Source: Candidatus Limnocylindrales bacterium
Lineage (GTDB): Bacteria; Chloroflexota; Limnocylindria; Limnocylindrales; CSP1-4
DNA: 64,000 nt
Assembly (NCBI GenBank): GCA_051306295.1
Contig: JBPPMZ010000086.1
Location: 13,015 to 77,014 of the forward strand
Direction: 5' to 3'
This document shows positions 22,240 through 31,268 of this stretch, one piece after another. A program made the translations under genes and the position numbers. Below the pieces are notes generated by a model. That model did no database searches. It was not told where the DNA came from and saw only the letters and a list, made by a program, of their open reading frames with translations. The stretch's first letter is position 1. Each line of letters begins with the position of its first letter.

Positions 22240-24213
22240 TCAGGTGACGGAGTGCACCACTTCCTCGTCGTCGCGGTGGTTTGCCGCCTCGCGGATGCGC
22301 CCTCCGCGGACGCGATCGACGATGCCCATGACCTGTCCGGCCACAGCGACCGCGACCGTGACCGGGTGCCAGGCGATGCTCTCGAGCGGCTGCCGCTGGG
22401 TGACCGCCAGCGCGAACCGGCAGAGGGCGATGACGACGAGCGGGACGGTGGCCGCGGCGATGATCGGCGTTTCGGCCCGGCCCAGGATGGCGGTCGGGAG
22501 GACCAGCAGCGGCGCGACGAACGCCGCCAGCTCCAGCGCGATGACACCCACTGCCGCCGCGATGGAGGCACCACCCGACGTGACGACCCGGCGCCAGCGA
22601 TCGACCGCCCCGGCAGTCGTCCGATCGAGGTGTCGGACCGCCAGGGCCGCGCCGTGGATCATCCCGACGCGATGGCCGCGCCCCGCGATGGCCCGTGCGA
22701 TCCCTCGGCCGCCCCGCGGGGCTTGTTCGTCCGTCGCCGAGTCGTCGACGGCCTCCAGGTAGGCGGTGCGGTCCACGAGCAGCAGGCCGACATCCGCCAC
22801 GGCCGTCACGGCCGGCCGACCACCGGTCAGCGCGGACCACCACATCGGCACGAACCCGAACGGCAGCATCGCGAACCCGGGTGCAGCCGCACGCTCACCG
22901 GACGACGGCATGGCCAGGCGCGGGATCGCGGACAGGGCGGCCAGCCCGCGGGCCTCGAGCTGCTCGACCAGGATCCGCAGCGCCACGGGGGCAAGCACGG
23001 TCCCGGATCCGACGAAGAAGACCAGCTCGCCCGAGGCGGCGCGGGCCCCCATGTCACGTGCCCAGTCGTCGGCGTCCCAGCCGGATGGCAGCGCGGGCGC
23101 GCTGACCAGCCCGTCGGGGCCGACCACACGGGTCGCCTCGTCGTGGGCCGCCACCGACAGCCCGGCATCGACGACCAGGACGCTCGCATCGGCATAGGTC
23201 TGGCCGACAAGCGACTCCAGGGTGGTCGGCAGCCACGCGTCGTCTGGTCGGCCGCTGACGATGATCGTCACCGCCGGGATCACGTCGCCATCGCCACCCG
23301 GGCGGACCCGGTGACGCCGCGTCGCGAGGCGCGTGGCCAGGGTGTTACCGAGGGCCAGGCCGGTGAGGCCGGTCGTCAGGACGAAAGCGATGGTCCAGGC
23401 ATCCAGGGCCACGATCCCCCAATGACCGACGAGCAAGGTCACGAGCCACGCGCCGACCAGGGCGTCCAGGGCCGGCCGCTCCGCCAGGGCCCGGCTTGTG
23501 CCCTCGACCGGATCGTCGGCCAGCACGAGGATCGCGGGCAGCAGGAGATACAGCGCGAGGGCGACGCTTCCCGCCACGCCGATCCCGTCGATCGCTGTAG
23601 CCAGGGCTACGGCGATCGCGTAGCCACCGAGTACGATCCAGACCAGGCCGGGACGCAGGGCCGCCGTTGCCACCGACCACGCCCCGAAGGCCAGGGCCGC
23701 CAGCCACGGCACCTCGCCGAAGGGCCGGCCGCCCAGCGTGAGGCCCGCGGCCACGATGAGCGTCGCCTGCGCCCCGACCAGGAGTGGCTCCAACCGCGAC
23801 TGCTCCAGCGTCCGGAGCTGCGGCACGACCCGCCAGGCGGTCAGTGCGGCGGCCAGGCCGACGAGCGCCGCCGAGACGACCCCGCCGAACGCGGCCAGGA
23901 GCAGGAGTGACGGCACCCCGACCGCGGCGATGGCCGTGGCTGTCGCGGGCAGCGAGACACGAGTCCGCCCCGAGATCGCCTCGTCCAGACCGTGGCGCAG
24001 GAGGCCGAAGGGTGCCGTCAAGGCCAGGACACCGATGAGCAGGCCCGGCGTGATCGCCCGCTCCGCATCGAACCCGGCGAACAGGAACGGGATGGCGATC
24101 CAGCCCCACGTGAAGGGTGCCGTCAGGCCCGCGAGGTCGCGCCAGCGCGCGATCGCCTCTCGCGTGGCCGCGCGGAGGCTGGCGCTCAGGTCGGAGCCGG
24201 CTGCCGTGCCGAT
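22240..24213 (-). CDS. Degenerate UbiA/CrtEb-like membrane domain fused to a degenerate GT2 glycosyltransferase domain
   Basis: Frame is open upstream of the listed TTG to an ATC after GAGGGGG; GT2-like LESLVGQTY..VLVVD, PALPSGW, ASGELVFF. Confidence 0.7.
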   Translation of the reverse strand: MGTAAGSDLSASLRAATREAIARWRDLAGLTAPFTWGWIAIPFLFAGFDAERAITPGLLIGVLALTAPFGLLRHGLDEAISGRTRVSLPATATAIAAVGVPSLLLLAAFGGVVSAALVGLAAALTAWRVVPQLRTLEQSRLEPLLVGAQATLIVAAGLTLGGRPFGEVPWLAALAFGAWSVATAALRPGLVWIVLGGYAIAVALATAIDGIGVAGSVALALYLLLPAILVLADDPVEGTSRALAERPALDALVGAWLVTLLVGHWGIVALDAWTIAFVLTTGLTGLALGNTLATRLATRRHRVRPGGDGDVIPAVTIIVSGRPDDAWLPTTLESLVGQTYADASVLVVDAGLSVAAHDEATRVVGPDGLVSAPALPSGWDADDWARDMGARAASGELVFFVGSGTVLAPVALRILVEQLEARGLAALSAIPRLAMPSSGERAAAPGFAMLPFGFVPMWWSALTGGRPAVTAVADVGLLLVDRTAYLEAVDDSATDEQAPRGGRGIARAIAGRGHRVGMIHGAALAVRHLDRTTAGAVDRWRRVVTSGGASIAAAVGVIALELAAFVAPLLVLPTAILGRAETPIIAAATVPLVVIALCRFALAVTQRQPLESIAWHPVTVAVAVAGQVMGIVDRVRGGRIREAANHRDDEEVVHSVT

Positions 24214-24248
24214 CGCTACCCCCTCGTCCGTCGTGCTGGGTCGTGGTC

Positions 24249-25241
24249 CTAGGCGCGCAACGCCGGGATGATGTCGCGCCCGTAGATCTCGAGCTGGGCT
24301 TCTTCATCGCCGTTCATGAGGTACAGGTTGAACTGGTCGACGCCGGCATCGCGCAGAGCCTGGAGCCGCTCGATGTGCGCATCGACGGAGCCGACGAGCG
24401 CGAACCGATCGACGATCTCGTCGGTGACGAACGCGGCGTTCGAGCTGCCGACCTCGGCGTGGTGCTGGTAGTCGTAGCCCTCTCGACCCCGGATGTAGGT
24501 CGTCAGTTCCTCCGGAAGGTCCTCGCGCGGATACTTGTTCACGAGGTCGACCACGTGGTTGGAGACGAGGGCCGGGAACCAGCGCACTCGATCGCGCGCG
24601 TCGGCGAGGTCGCCGACATGGGCCGGGGCCGCGGCCATGATCCGGACGGCGTCCTCGCCGCGACCGGATTCCACCGCGGACGCGCGGACCTGCGACACGA
24701 ACCAGCGGACGAGATCCGGGTCGCCGATCTGGAGCATGACGCCATCGGCGATGCGACCGGTGAGCCGGAGCGCGACCGGGCCGTAGCCCGCGATCCAGAC
24801 CGGCAGCGGGTGCCGACCGGTCCAGGGCAGCTCCAGGGTCGTACCCTCGTACTCGATCGGCCGCCCTTCGACGAGCGCCCGGATCACGTGCACGGCCTCC
24901 TCGAGGTCCTTCATCGAGGTCGGCGGCTTGCCCAGCACTCGCCGGGCGGAGTCACCGCGCCCGATGCCGAGGTCCATCCGCCCGCCGCTGATCTCGGCGA
25001 GGGTCGCCAGGGTGGAGGCCGTCACGGACGGCTCGCGGGTCGCCGGGTTGGTCACGCACGTTCCCAGGCGCATCGTCGTCGTGGCGCCTGCCATGAGCGT
25101 CAGCAGGGGATACGGATCCCGCCACAGGACGTGGGAGTCGAACAGCCAGCCGTACTCGAAGCCGGCGGCCTCGGCCTGGCGCGTGAGCGCCAGCGTGCGC
25201 TCGATCGAGTGTCCAGGCTTGAGGGTGAAACCGAACTGCAT
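24249..25241 (-). CDS. LLM-class, probably F420-dependent oxidoreductase (resembles TIGR03842 family)
   Basis: WLFDSHVLW, GTCVTNP, GIGRGDSA and VSNHVVDL motifs; sits with nitrilase and hydA. Confidence 0.88.
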   Translation of the reverse strand: MQFGFTLKPGHSIERTLALTRQAEAAGFEYGWLFDSHVLWRDPYPLLTLMAGATTTMRLGTCVTNPATREPSVTASTLATLAEISGGRMDLGIGRGDSARRVLGKPPTSMKDLEEAVHVIRALVEGRPIEYEGTTLELPWTGRHPLPVWIAGYGPVALRLTGRIADGVMLQIGDPDLVRWFVSQVRASAVESGRGEDAVRIMAAAPAHVGDLADARDRVRWFPALVSNHVVDLVNKYPREDLPEELTTYIRGREGYDYQHHAEVGSSNAAFVTDEIVDRFALVGSVDAHIERLQALRDAGVDQFNLYLMNGDEEAQLEIYGRDIIPALRA

Positions 25242-25332
25242 CGTCTCTGCCTCGTGTGTGCCGTTCGAGAACGAGGCAGCTCGGATGTCCTCCTCCAGAC
25301 AGCCGAGCCGCGCGGATGATAGCGCGTCCGGA

Positions 25333-26184
25333 CTACGGCCGTGTCAAGTCTTCGTACGCATCCGGCCGGCGGTCGCGATAGAACTGCCACGTGTTGCGGA
25401 CTTCCATGATCTTGTCCATGTCCAGGTCGCGCACGATGAGGTCCTCCTCGTGCGCCGAGCCGATCTCGCCGACGAACTGGCCGCGCGGGTCCACGAAGTA
25501 ACTCTGGCCGTAGAAGTCGTCGTCGCCGATGTCCGATTCGATGCCCACGCGGTTGATCGTGCCGACGTAGTAGCCGTTGGCGACGGCGTGACTGGGCTGC
25601 TCGATCCGCCACAGGTACTCGCTCAAGCCGCGCGACGTGGCGGATGGGATGAGCACGATCTCCGCGCCGTTGAGGCCCAGGGCGCGGGCCCCCTCCGGGA
25701 AGTGGCGGTCATAGCAGATGTACACGCCGACCTTGCCCACGGCCGTCTCGAAGACCGGGTAGCCCAGGTTCCCGGGGCGGAAGTAGAACTTCTCCCAGAA
25801 GCCCTTGACGTGCGGGATGTGGGTCTTGCGGTACTTGCCCAGGTAGCGCCCGTCGGCATCGATGACGGCCGCGGTGTTGTAGTAGATGCCGGCTGCCTTT
25901 TCGTCCTCCTCGTACATCGGGGCGACGATGACCATGCCGGTCTGTTTGGCGAGGTCCTGCATCCGCTTCGTGGTCGGGCCGTCCGGGATCAGCTCCGTGT
26001 AGCTGTAGTACTGGGCGTCCTGGACCTGGCAGAAGTACGGCCCGTAGAACAGCTCCTGGAAGAGGATGAACTGGGCACCCTGCTTGGCCGCCTCGTGGGC
26101 CCGCTCCTCGTGCTTCTGGATCATCGACTCCTTGTCGCCGGTCCAGCTGGCCTGGACGAGGGCGCCACGGACGGTACGGGACAT
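25333..26184 (-). CDS. Nitrilase-family beta-ureidopropionase (N-carbamoyl-beta-alanine amidohydrolase)
   Basis: FQELF, YRKTHIP, FWEKFYF and YICYDRHFPE (E-K-C triad). Confidence 0.9.
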   Translation of the reverse strand: MSRTVRGALVQASWTGDKESMIQKHEERAHEAAKQGAQFILFQELFYGPYFCQVQDAQYYSYTELIPDGPTTKRMQDLAKQTGMVIVAPMYEEDEKAAGIYYNTAAVIDADGRYLGKYRKTHIPHVKGFWEKFYFRPGNLGYPVFETAVGKVGVYICYDRHFPEGARALGLNGAEIVLIPSATSRGLSEYLWRIEQPSHAVANGYYVGTINRVGIESDIGDDDFYGQSYFVDPRGQFVGEIGSAHEEDLIVRDLDMDKIMEVRNTWQFYRDRRPDAYEDLTRP

Positions 26185-26240
26185 CGGTCTGGAACCTCCT
26201 GCGGACGGGGGGCGGGTTCGGAAGGGAGAGGATACGACCG

Positions 26241-26648
26241 TCAGCCGGCAGGCGGCGGCTCGTCCGGCTCGGCTTCCGGTCGGCGGCGCATGTAGTACTC
26301 GGTGAACTCGCGGCAGCGACCCTCGTCGTCGAATCGGCAGACGAAGATGTTGGCGAACTCCCGATCGACGTCGCGCCGGTCGTCCGTCAGATAGCGCGAA
26401 CGACCATGGGCGACGAACACATCGCCATCGACCGCGAGCGGCTCGTAGTCGGCCTGCCAGGATCCGGGAGCGTCGGGATCGTCCAGCCACGAGGCGATGA
26501 CGGCGGCCCGACCGACGAGCGCCTCATCGAACGGGTCGTAGGCGTAGCGCACGTCGCTGCTGAACAAGTCGCCGATGGCCACCGGGTCGTTCAGCCGCCA
26601 GGCGTCCACGTAACGCTGCAGCCAATCGGCGAAGCCGGCGCGGTCCAT
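26241..26648 (-). CDS. NTF2/SnoaL-like protein
   Basis: WLQRYVDAW..LFSSDVRY..RFDDEGRCREFTEY; GGAGG SD. Confidence 0.85.
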   Translation of the reverse strand: MDRAGFADWLQRYVDAWRLNDPVAIGDLFSSDVRYAYDPFDEALVGRAAVIASWLDDPDAPGSWQADYEPLAVDGDVFVAHGRSRYLTDDRRDVDREFANIFVCRFDDEGRCREFTEYYMRRRPEAEPDEPPPAG

Positions 26649-26702
26649 CGGAAACCTCCTGCGATGCGTATCGTCCACCCTAACAGGCACGCGGGAATCG
26701 GA

Positions 26703-26730
26703 ACGGCCCGGACCTTGCGGTCCGGGCCGT
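26703..26730 (-). terminator. Hairpin terminator after the NlpC/P60 gene
   Basis: ACGGCCCGGACC-ttgc-GGTCCGGGCCGT, perfect 12-bp stem. Confidence 0.7.
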
Positions 26731-26764
26731 CGCTCGGGGGATCGCGGATCCCTCGGGAAGCCGG

Positions 26765-27541
26765 TCAGTCGGTCAGGTACTTGACGACCCAGCCGGTGCG
26801 GGTGCCCGCATCGACCTTGAGCCACCAGCGCCCGAGGGCGTCCTGCGCCTTGCCCAGGACGACGAGGCGCGCCCCGTCGCGGAGGGTCGCGATGCGGGCC
26901 TTGGCGACGCCCGGACCGACGCGCAGGTTGACCCGGCCGTCGGTCCGTCGGACGTCGCCGACCGCGATCCGGCGAGTGACGCCGGTGGTCGCGGTCGCCG
27001 GCGCGGCGTCGCCCGCCGTGGTGGCGGCCACGGTCGTGCCCGTGCCCTTCTTCCACATGCCGGTGTGCAGGTATGCCGTGAAGCGCGCCGTGACGGCGTG
27101 GACGCGGTGGACCCGGACGCCGCTGGTCAGGGTGCTGACCGCCTTGCCATTGCCGATGTAGATACCGACATGGCTGCCGCCGCCCCAGATGACGAGGTCA
27201 CCGGGCTTCGGGTTCGAGCGGCTGGCCAGGCCGCGCGCCTTGTACCAGTGGTAGAGCGCGCGTGCCGAGCGCAGCTTGCCCTTGCCGATGGCCTTGGCGT
27301 CGCCCGACTTCGTGAAGGCGTAGATGACCAGGCCTGAGCAGTCGAACGCGCGCGGCCCCTTGGCGCCATAGCGCCACGGGTCACCGGTCTGCGCCCGGGC
27401 GATCTTGATGATCTGCTGGGCTTCGGTCTTGGGCTCCGCGGCCGCGGCGGTCCCGCTCGAGGCCGGGGCGAGGGTGAAGAGGACGGCTCCGGCCAGAGCC
27501 ATCGGGATGAACGCTCGTGCGCCCAGGGTGGGGGTGCGCAA
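26765..27541 (-). CDS. Secreted NlpC/P60 (C40) peptidase with C-terminal SH3b domain
   Basis: FDCSGL, PGDLV, HVGIYIG and VNLRVGPG...TGWV motifs; TTG start after AAGGAG; signal peptide. Confidence 0.9.
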   Translation of the reverse strand: MRTPTLGARAFIPMALAGAVLFTLAPASSGTAAAAEPKTEAQQIIKIARAQTGDPWRYGAKGPRAFDCSGLVIYAFTKSGDAKAIGKGKLRSARALYHWYKARGLASRSNPKPGDLVIWGGGSHVGIYIGNGKAVSTLTSGVRVHRVHAVTARFTAYLHTGMWKKGTGTTVAATTAGDAAPATATTGVTRRIAVGDVRRTDGRVNLRVGPGVAKARIATLRDGARLVVLGKAQDALGRWWLKVDAGTRTGWVVKYLTD

Positions 27542-27858
27542 TGGTGCTCCTTCCTGCCAGCGCGTCGCGATGGGGCACGACGGCGATGGACACGAGCCAC
27601 GGGCGCACGGAACAGGGGACATGGGGACGGGGGCGAGGTGGCCGGATCTGGGGGATCGGCGACCTGCGGGACCGACGCGAACGAAACGGAACGCGGCCGG
27701 GACGACGTGCAACACGCCGTGCGACGGGGCTCTTCGGTTTGTCGGGGTCCCTGTGCTGTGACCTGGGGGTCGGTCGGCGCGGTGGAGTGTAGCGTGCCTC
27801 GCCGGACCTTGCAGGTTCATGCCAGTTCGCGCGTGGCGGCCCGCGATGCCCTGGCGCC

Positions 27859-27976
27859 GAAAGCTTCGAATCCAGAGGTTTCCTGGCGGGGGCGGATCGT
27901 CTCGCCACGCACGACGCGTGCCGTCGCCGCGCCTGCGAACAGCTTCGAACCCAGAGGTTTCCTGGCGGGGGGCGAC
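27859..27976. repeat. Two tandem copies of a ~35-bp hairpin repeat (AGCTTCGAAYCCAGAGGTTTCCTGGCGGGGG)
   Basis: Near-identical copies 79 bp apart; third copy at 47042. Confidence 0.8.
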
Positions 27977-28083
27977 ACGGTGGGGTGGGCACGCCGCCCG
28001 ATGACTCGTGCCCGGCCCCGCGACCGACGCCGGATGTGCTGTAATCCGGGTCGCGCGCCGGCGGGTGCGCAGAGGAGGTCCCC

Positions 28084-29421
28084 ATGGCTATCGATGCCGC
28101 GTCAGGGGCGATGACGAGCGAGGAGATCGTCGCCCTCAATCGAGCGCACACGTTCTTCTCGTGGTCGGCGCAGGGCGCCATCGACCCCATCGCCATCGAT
28201 CGCGCCGAGGGCGTCTGGCTGTACACGCCGGAGGGTCGCAAGATCCTCGACTTCAACAGCCAGCTCATGTCGGTCAACATCGGCCACGGCGATCGGCGGG
28301 TCATCGACGCCATCACCGAACAGGCCACGAAACTGCAGTACGTGCAGCCCGCGTTCGCCACGGAGATCCGGGCACGCCTTGGCCAGAAGCTCGCCGAGAT
28401 CATGCCGGGCGACCTCGACAAGGTGTTCTTCACCCTGGGCGGCGCGGAGGCGATCGAGAACGCCATCAAGCTCGCGCGTCACTACACCGGCAGGCACAAG
28501 ATCCTGGCCCGCTACCGGGCCTATCACGGCGCCACGATGGGGGCGATGACCCTCACCGGCGACCCGCGCCGCTGGGCCAACGAGCCGGGCCTCGTCGGGG
28601 TCGTGCGCTACCCGGACACCCACCGCTGGGGAGAGGCGGAGCCCCGCCCCGTGGCGGAGTCGCTCCAGGGCCTGGAAGACGTCATCCGCTACGAGGGCCC
28701 GCACACCATCGCGGCGATCTTCCTGGAGACCATCGTCGGCACGAACGGCATCCTCATCCCGCCCGACGGCTACCTCCAGGGCGTCCGCGAACTGTGCGAT
28801 CGGCACGGCATCCTGATGGTCTGCGATGAGGTCATGGCCGGCTTCGGGCGGACGGGCCGCTGGTTCGCGGTGGATCACTGGGACGTGGTCCCGGACCTCA
28901 TGACCATGGCCAAGGGCCTGACCAGTTCGTACCTGCCCCTGGGCGGAGTCGCCATGCGCCACCACATCGCCGAGTTCTTTGAGACGAAGATGTTCTTCGG
29001 CGGCCTCACCTATTCGTCGCATCCGGTGTCGCTGGCGGCAGCGCTGGCGACCATCCGGGTCTACGAGGAGGACGGCCTGATCGACAACGCCGCGCGCATG
29101 GGCGCGCGAATGCGCGAACATCACGAGCGCCTGGCCGCGAAGCATCCCTCCGTGGGAGCCCATCGGAGCCTTGGGCTCTTCGGCATCCTGGACCTCGTCC
29201 GGACGCGCGACCCGTGGACCCCCATGACCCCGTTCAACGGCACGTCGGACGAGATGAAGGCGATCGGCAAGCACTTCCGCGACCACGGCCTGTACGCGAT
29301 GCTGGCCAACAACTCGATCCACACCAACCCGCCGCTGTGCATCACGGAAGACGAGTTGGCGCACGGTTTCGAGATCATCGACGCCGCCCTGGACATCGCG
29401 GATCAGGCGGTCACCGGCTAG
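28084..29421 (+). CDS. Class III aminotransferase (beta-alanine/omega-amino acid:pyruvate type)
   Basis: GGAEAIE, YHGAT, DEVMAGFGRTG and MAKGLTS motifs. Confidence 0.92.
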   Translation: MAIDAASGAMTSEEIVALNRAHTFFSWSAQGAIDPIAIDRAEGVWLYTPEGRKILDFNSQLMSVNIGHGDRRVIDAITEQATKLQYVQPAFATEIRARLGQKLAEIMPGDLDKVFFTLGGAEAIENAIKLARHYTGRHKILARYRAYHGATMGAMTLTGDPRRWANEPGLVGVVRYPDTHRWGEAEPRPVAESLQGLEDVIRYEGPHTIAAIFLETIVGTNGILIPPDGYLQGVRELCDRHGILMVCDEVMAGFGRTGRWFAVDHWDVVPDLMTMAKGLTSSYLPLGGVAMRHHIAEFFETKMFFGGLTYSSHPVSLAAALATIRVYEEDGLIDNAARMGARMREHHERLAAKHPSVGAHRSLGLFGILDLVRTRDPWTPMTPFNGTSDEMKAIGKHFRDHGLYAMLANNSIHTNPPLCITEDELAHGFEIIDAALDIADQAVTG

Positions 29422-29422
29422 C

Positions 29423-30358
29423 GTGGCGGCTGTCGGGATGGCCGCCCGTGTCCGACCGGCCGTCGATGCGGCGGGTGCGGTCGCCGTCGGTCACTCCAAG
29501 CGTCGGCAGGCGGTCCAGTTCGCGCTGTTCCTGGTCGCCATCCTGGCCCTCTGGGAGCTCGTCAAGTTCCTGGGCGGCGTGCCGTGGCGGCCGATCGGTG
29601 CCGGTCCGGGCTCGGAAGTCCTGTGGGATCCGCCGTTCCGCTGGGCCTTCGCCAGCGACCTCGTGCTGCCCCACTGGTGGAACATCATCTGGAACCTGTT
29701 CCAACCGGTCCAGCGTGGGTCGGAGGAGTCGCTCCTGGGCTTCCTTGGCGGCGCTGCGTTCTACACCTGGCGCGAGGCGGCCATCGGCTTCGTCGTCGGC
29801 GCGCTGCTGGGCCTGGTGCTCGCCACGGTGTTCGTCCACTCGCGATTGCTCGAGCGGGCGTTCGTCCCGTACGTCGTGGCCAGCCAGACCATCCCGATCG
29901 TGGCCCTCGCCCCGATGATCGTCTTCGCCGTCGGGCCGAACGTCGCCTCGGTGGTCATCATCGCGACCTACCTGACGTTCTTCCCGGTGACCATCGCGAT
30001 GATCCGCGGCCTGCGCTCGCCGGACCCGCGGGCCCTGGAGCTGATGCGCTCGTACGCCGCGTCGCGCTGGGACGTCTTCCGCAAGGTGCGCCTTCCCGCA
30101 TCCTTGCCGTACCTGTTCACCGCCTTGAAGATCGCGGCCACGGCGTCCATCGTCGGCGCCATCATCGGGGAGGGTCCGGGCGGCATCCCGGACGGCCTGG
30201 GGCGAGCCATCATCAACTTCAACCAGTACTACATCACCGGCCCTGAGAAGCTGTGGGGCGCGGTGCTCGTGTCGGCCGTCCTGGGCCTCGTCTTCTTCGC
30301 CCTCATCAGCATCGTGGAGCTCGCGGTCCTGCGTGGGCGCTCAGCGGCGCCCGGATGA
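29423..30358 (+). CDS. ABC transporter permease (SsuC/ThiX-like)
   Basis: QTIPIVALAP and EAA-like ELMRSYAAS..KVRLP motifs. Confidence 0.9.
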   Translation: MAAVGMAARVRPAVDAAGAVAVGHSKRRQAVQFALFLVAILALWELVKFLGGVPWRPIGAGPGSEVLWDPPFRWAFASDLVLPHWWNIIWNLFQPVQRGSEESLLGFLGGAAFYTWREAAIGFVVGALLGLVLATVFVHSRLLERAFVPYVVASQTIPIVALAPMIVFAVGPNVASVVIIATYLTFFPVTIAMIRGLRSPDPRALELMRSYAASRWDVFRKVRLPASLPYLFTALKIAATASIVGAIIGEGPGGIPDGLGRAIINFNQYYITGPEKLWGAVLVSAVLGLVFFALISIVELAVLRGRSAAPG

Positions 30359-30389
30359 TCCACCCCGTCCCCAACGGAGTCAGCACCCG

Positions 30390-31268
30390 ATGACCGTTCC
30401 CGCCGCGCCACAGCCCGTCGTCCGTATCGCCGGCGTCGACAAGACCTTCGTGCGTGACGGCGCGGCCGGTACCCACGCGCTGTCCGGCATCGACCTCGAT
30501 ATCGCCCGCGGCGAGTTCGTGTCCCTCATCGGCCCGTCGGGCTGCGGGAAGTCGACGCTCCTGCGGGTCATCGGCGACCTCATCGCGCCGACGGCCGGCA
30601 CGGTCCAGGTCAACGGCAAGCCCGCGGATCAGGCTCGCCAGGACCGTGACTACGGGATGGTCTTCCAGGCGCCGGTCCTGTTCGACTGGCGGACGGTGGA
30701 GGACAACGTCAAACTGCCGCTCGAACTGCTGGGCTACGACCCGGCCCGCCGGACGGCGCGAGCGAAGGAGATGCTGGAGCTCGTCGAGCTCGGCGACTTC
30801 CTCAAGCATCACCCGTACCAGCTCTCTGGTGGGATGCAGCAGCGGGTGGCGATCGCCAGGGCGCTCGCCTTCCAGCCGGCGATCCTGCTCATGGACGAGC
30901 CGTTCGGGGCGCTCGACGAGATGACCCGCGAGCGGATGAACCAGGAGGTCCTGCGGATCTGGGAGGCGACCGGCACGACCATCGTGTTCGTTACCCACTC
31001 GATCCCGGAGGCGGTCTTCCTCTCGTCGCGGGTGGTGGTCATGAGTGCGCGGCCGGGGCGCATCACGCACGTCATCGACGTCGACCTGCCGCGCCCCCGT
31101 GGCATCGCGACGCGCGAGGAGCCACGCTACTTCGCCCTGGTGACCGCCGTCCGCGAGGCGCTCAGACGAGGCGGCCTGGACGCGGATCCCGGCGACCTCG
31201 TCGCCGGGGAGCTGGAGGGGACGATCGCCTCCGTGGATCGGACGGCAGCGGAGGGTGGGATCGGGTGA
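30390..31268 (+). CDS. ABC transporter ATP-binding protein (SsuB/TauB-like)
   Basis: GPSGCGKST, LSGGMQQR, MDEPFGALD and VTH motifs. Confidence 0.93.
   Translation: MTVPAAPQPVVRIAGVDKTFVRDGAAGTHALSGIDLDIARGEFVSLIGPSGCGKSTLLRVIGDLIAPTAGTVQVNGKPADQARQDRDYGMVFQAPVLFDWRTVEDNVKLPLELLGYDPARRTARAKEMLELVELGDFLKHHPYQLSGGMQQRVAIARALAFQPAILLMDEPFGALDEMTRERMNQEVLRIWEATGTTIVFVTHSIPEAVFLSSRVVVMSARPGRITHVIDVDLPRPRGIATREEPRYFALVTAVREALRRGGLDADPGDLVAGELEGTIASVDRTAAEGGIG

Noticed and set aside
27542-27790. c-di-AMP (ydaO) riboswitch before NlpC/P60
   Set aside because: The conserved GCTGAATCC / GGGGGAACC / GGGGTGAA elements could not be found
27859-27976. Mini CRISPR array (two ~35-bp repeats with a ~43-bp spacer)
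   Set aside because: Only two copies, a third isolated copy 19 kb away, no cas genes or AT-rich leader, and the flanks pair with each other as in REP-like hairpins
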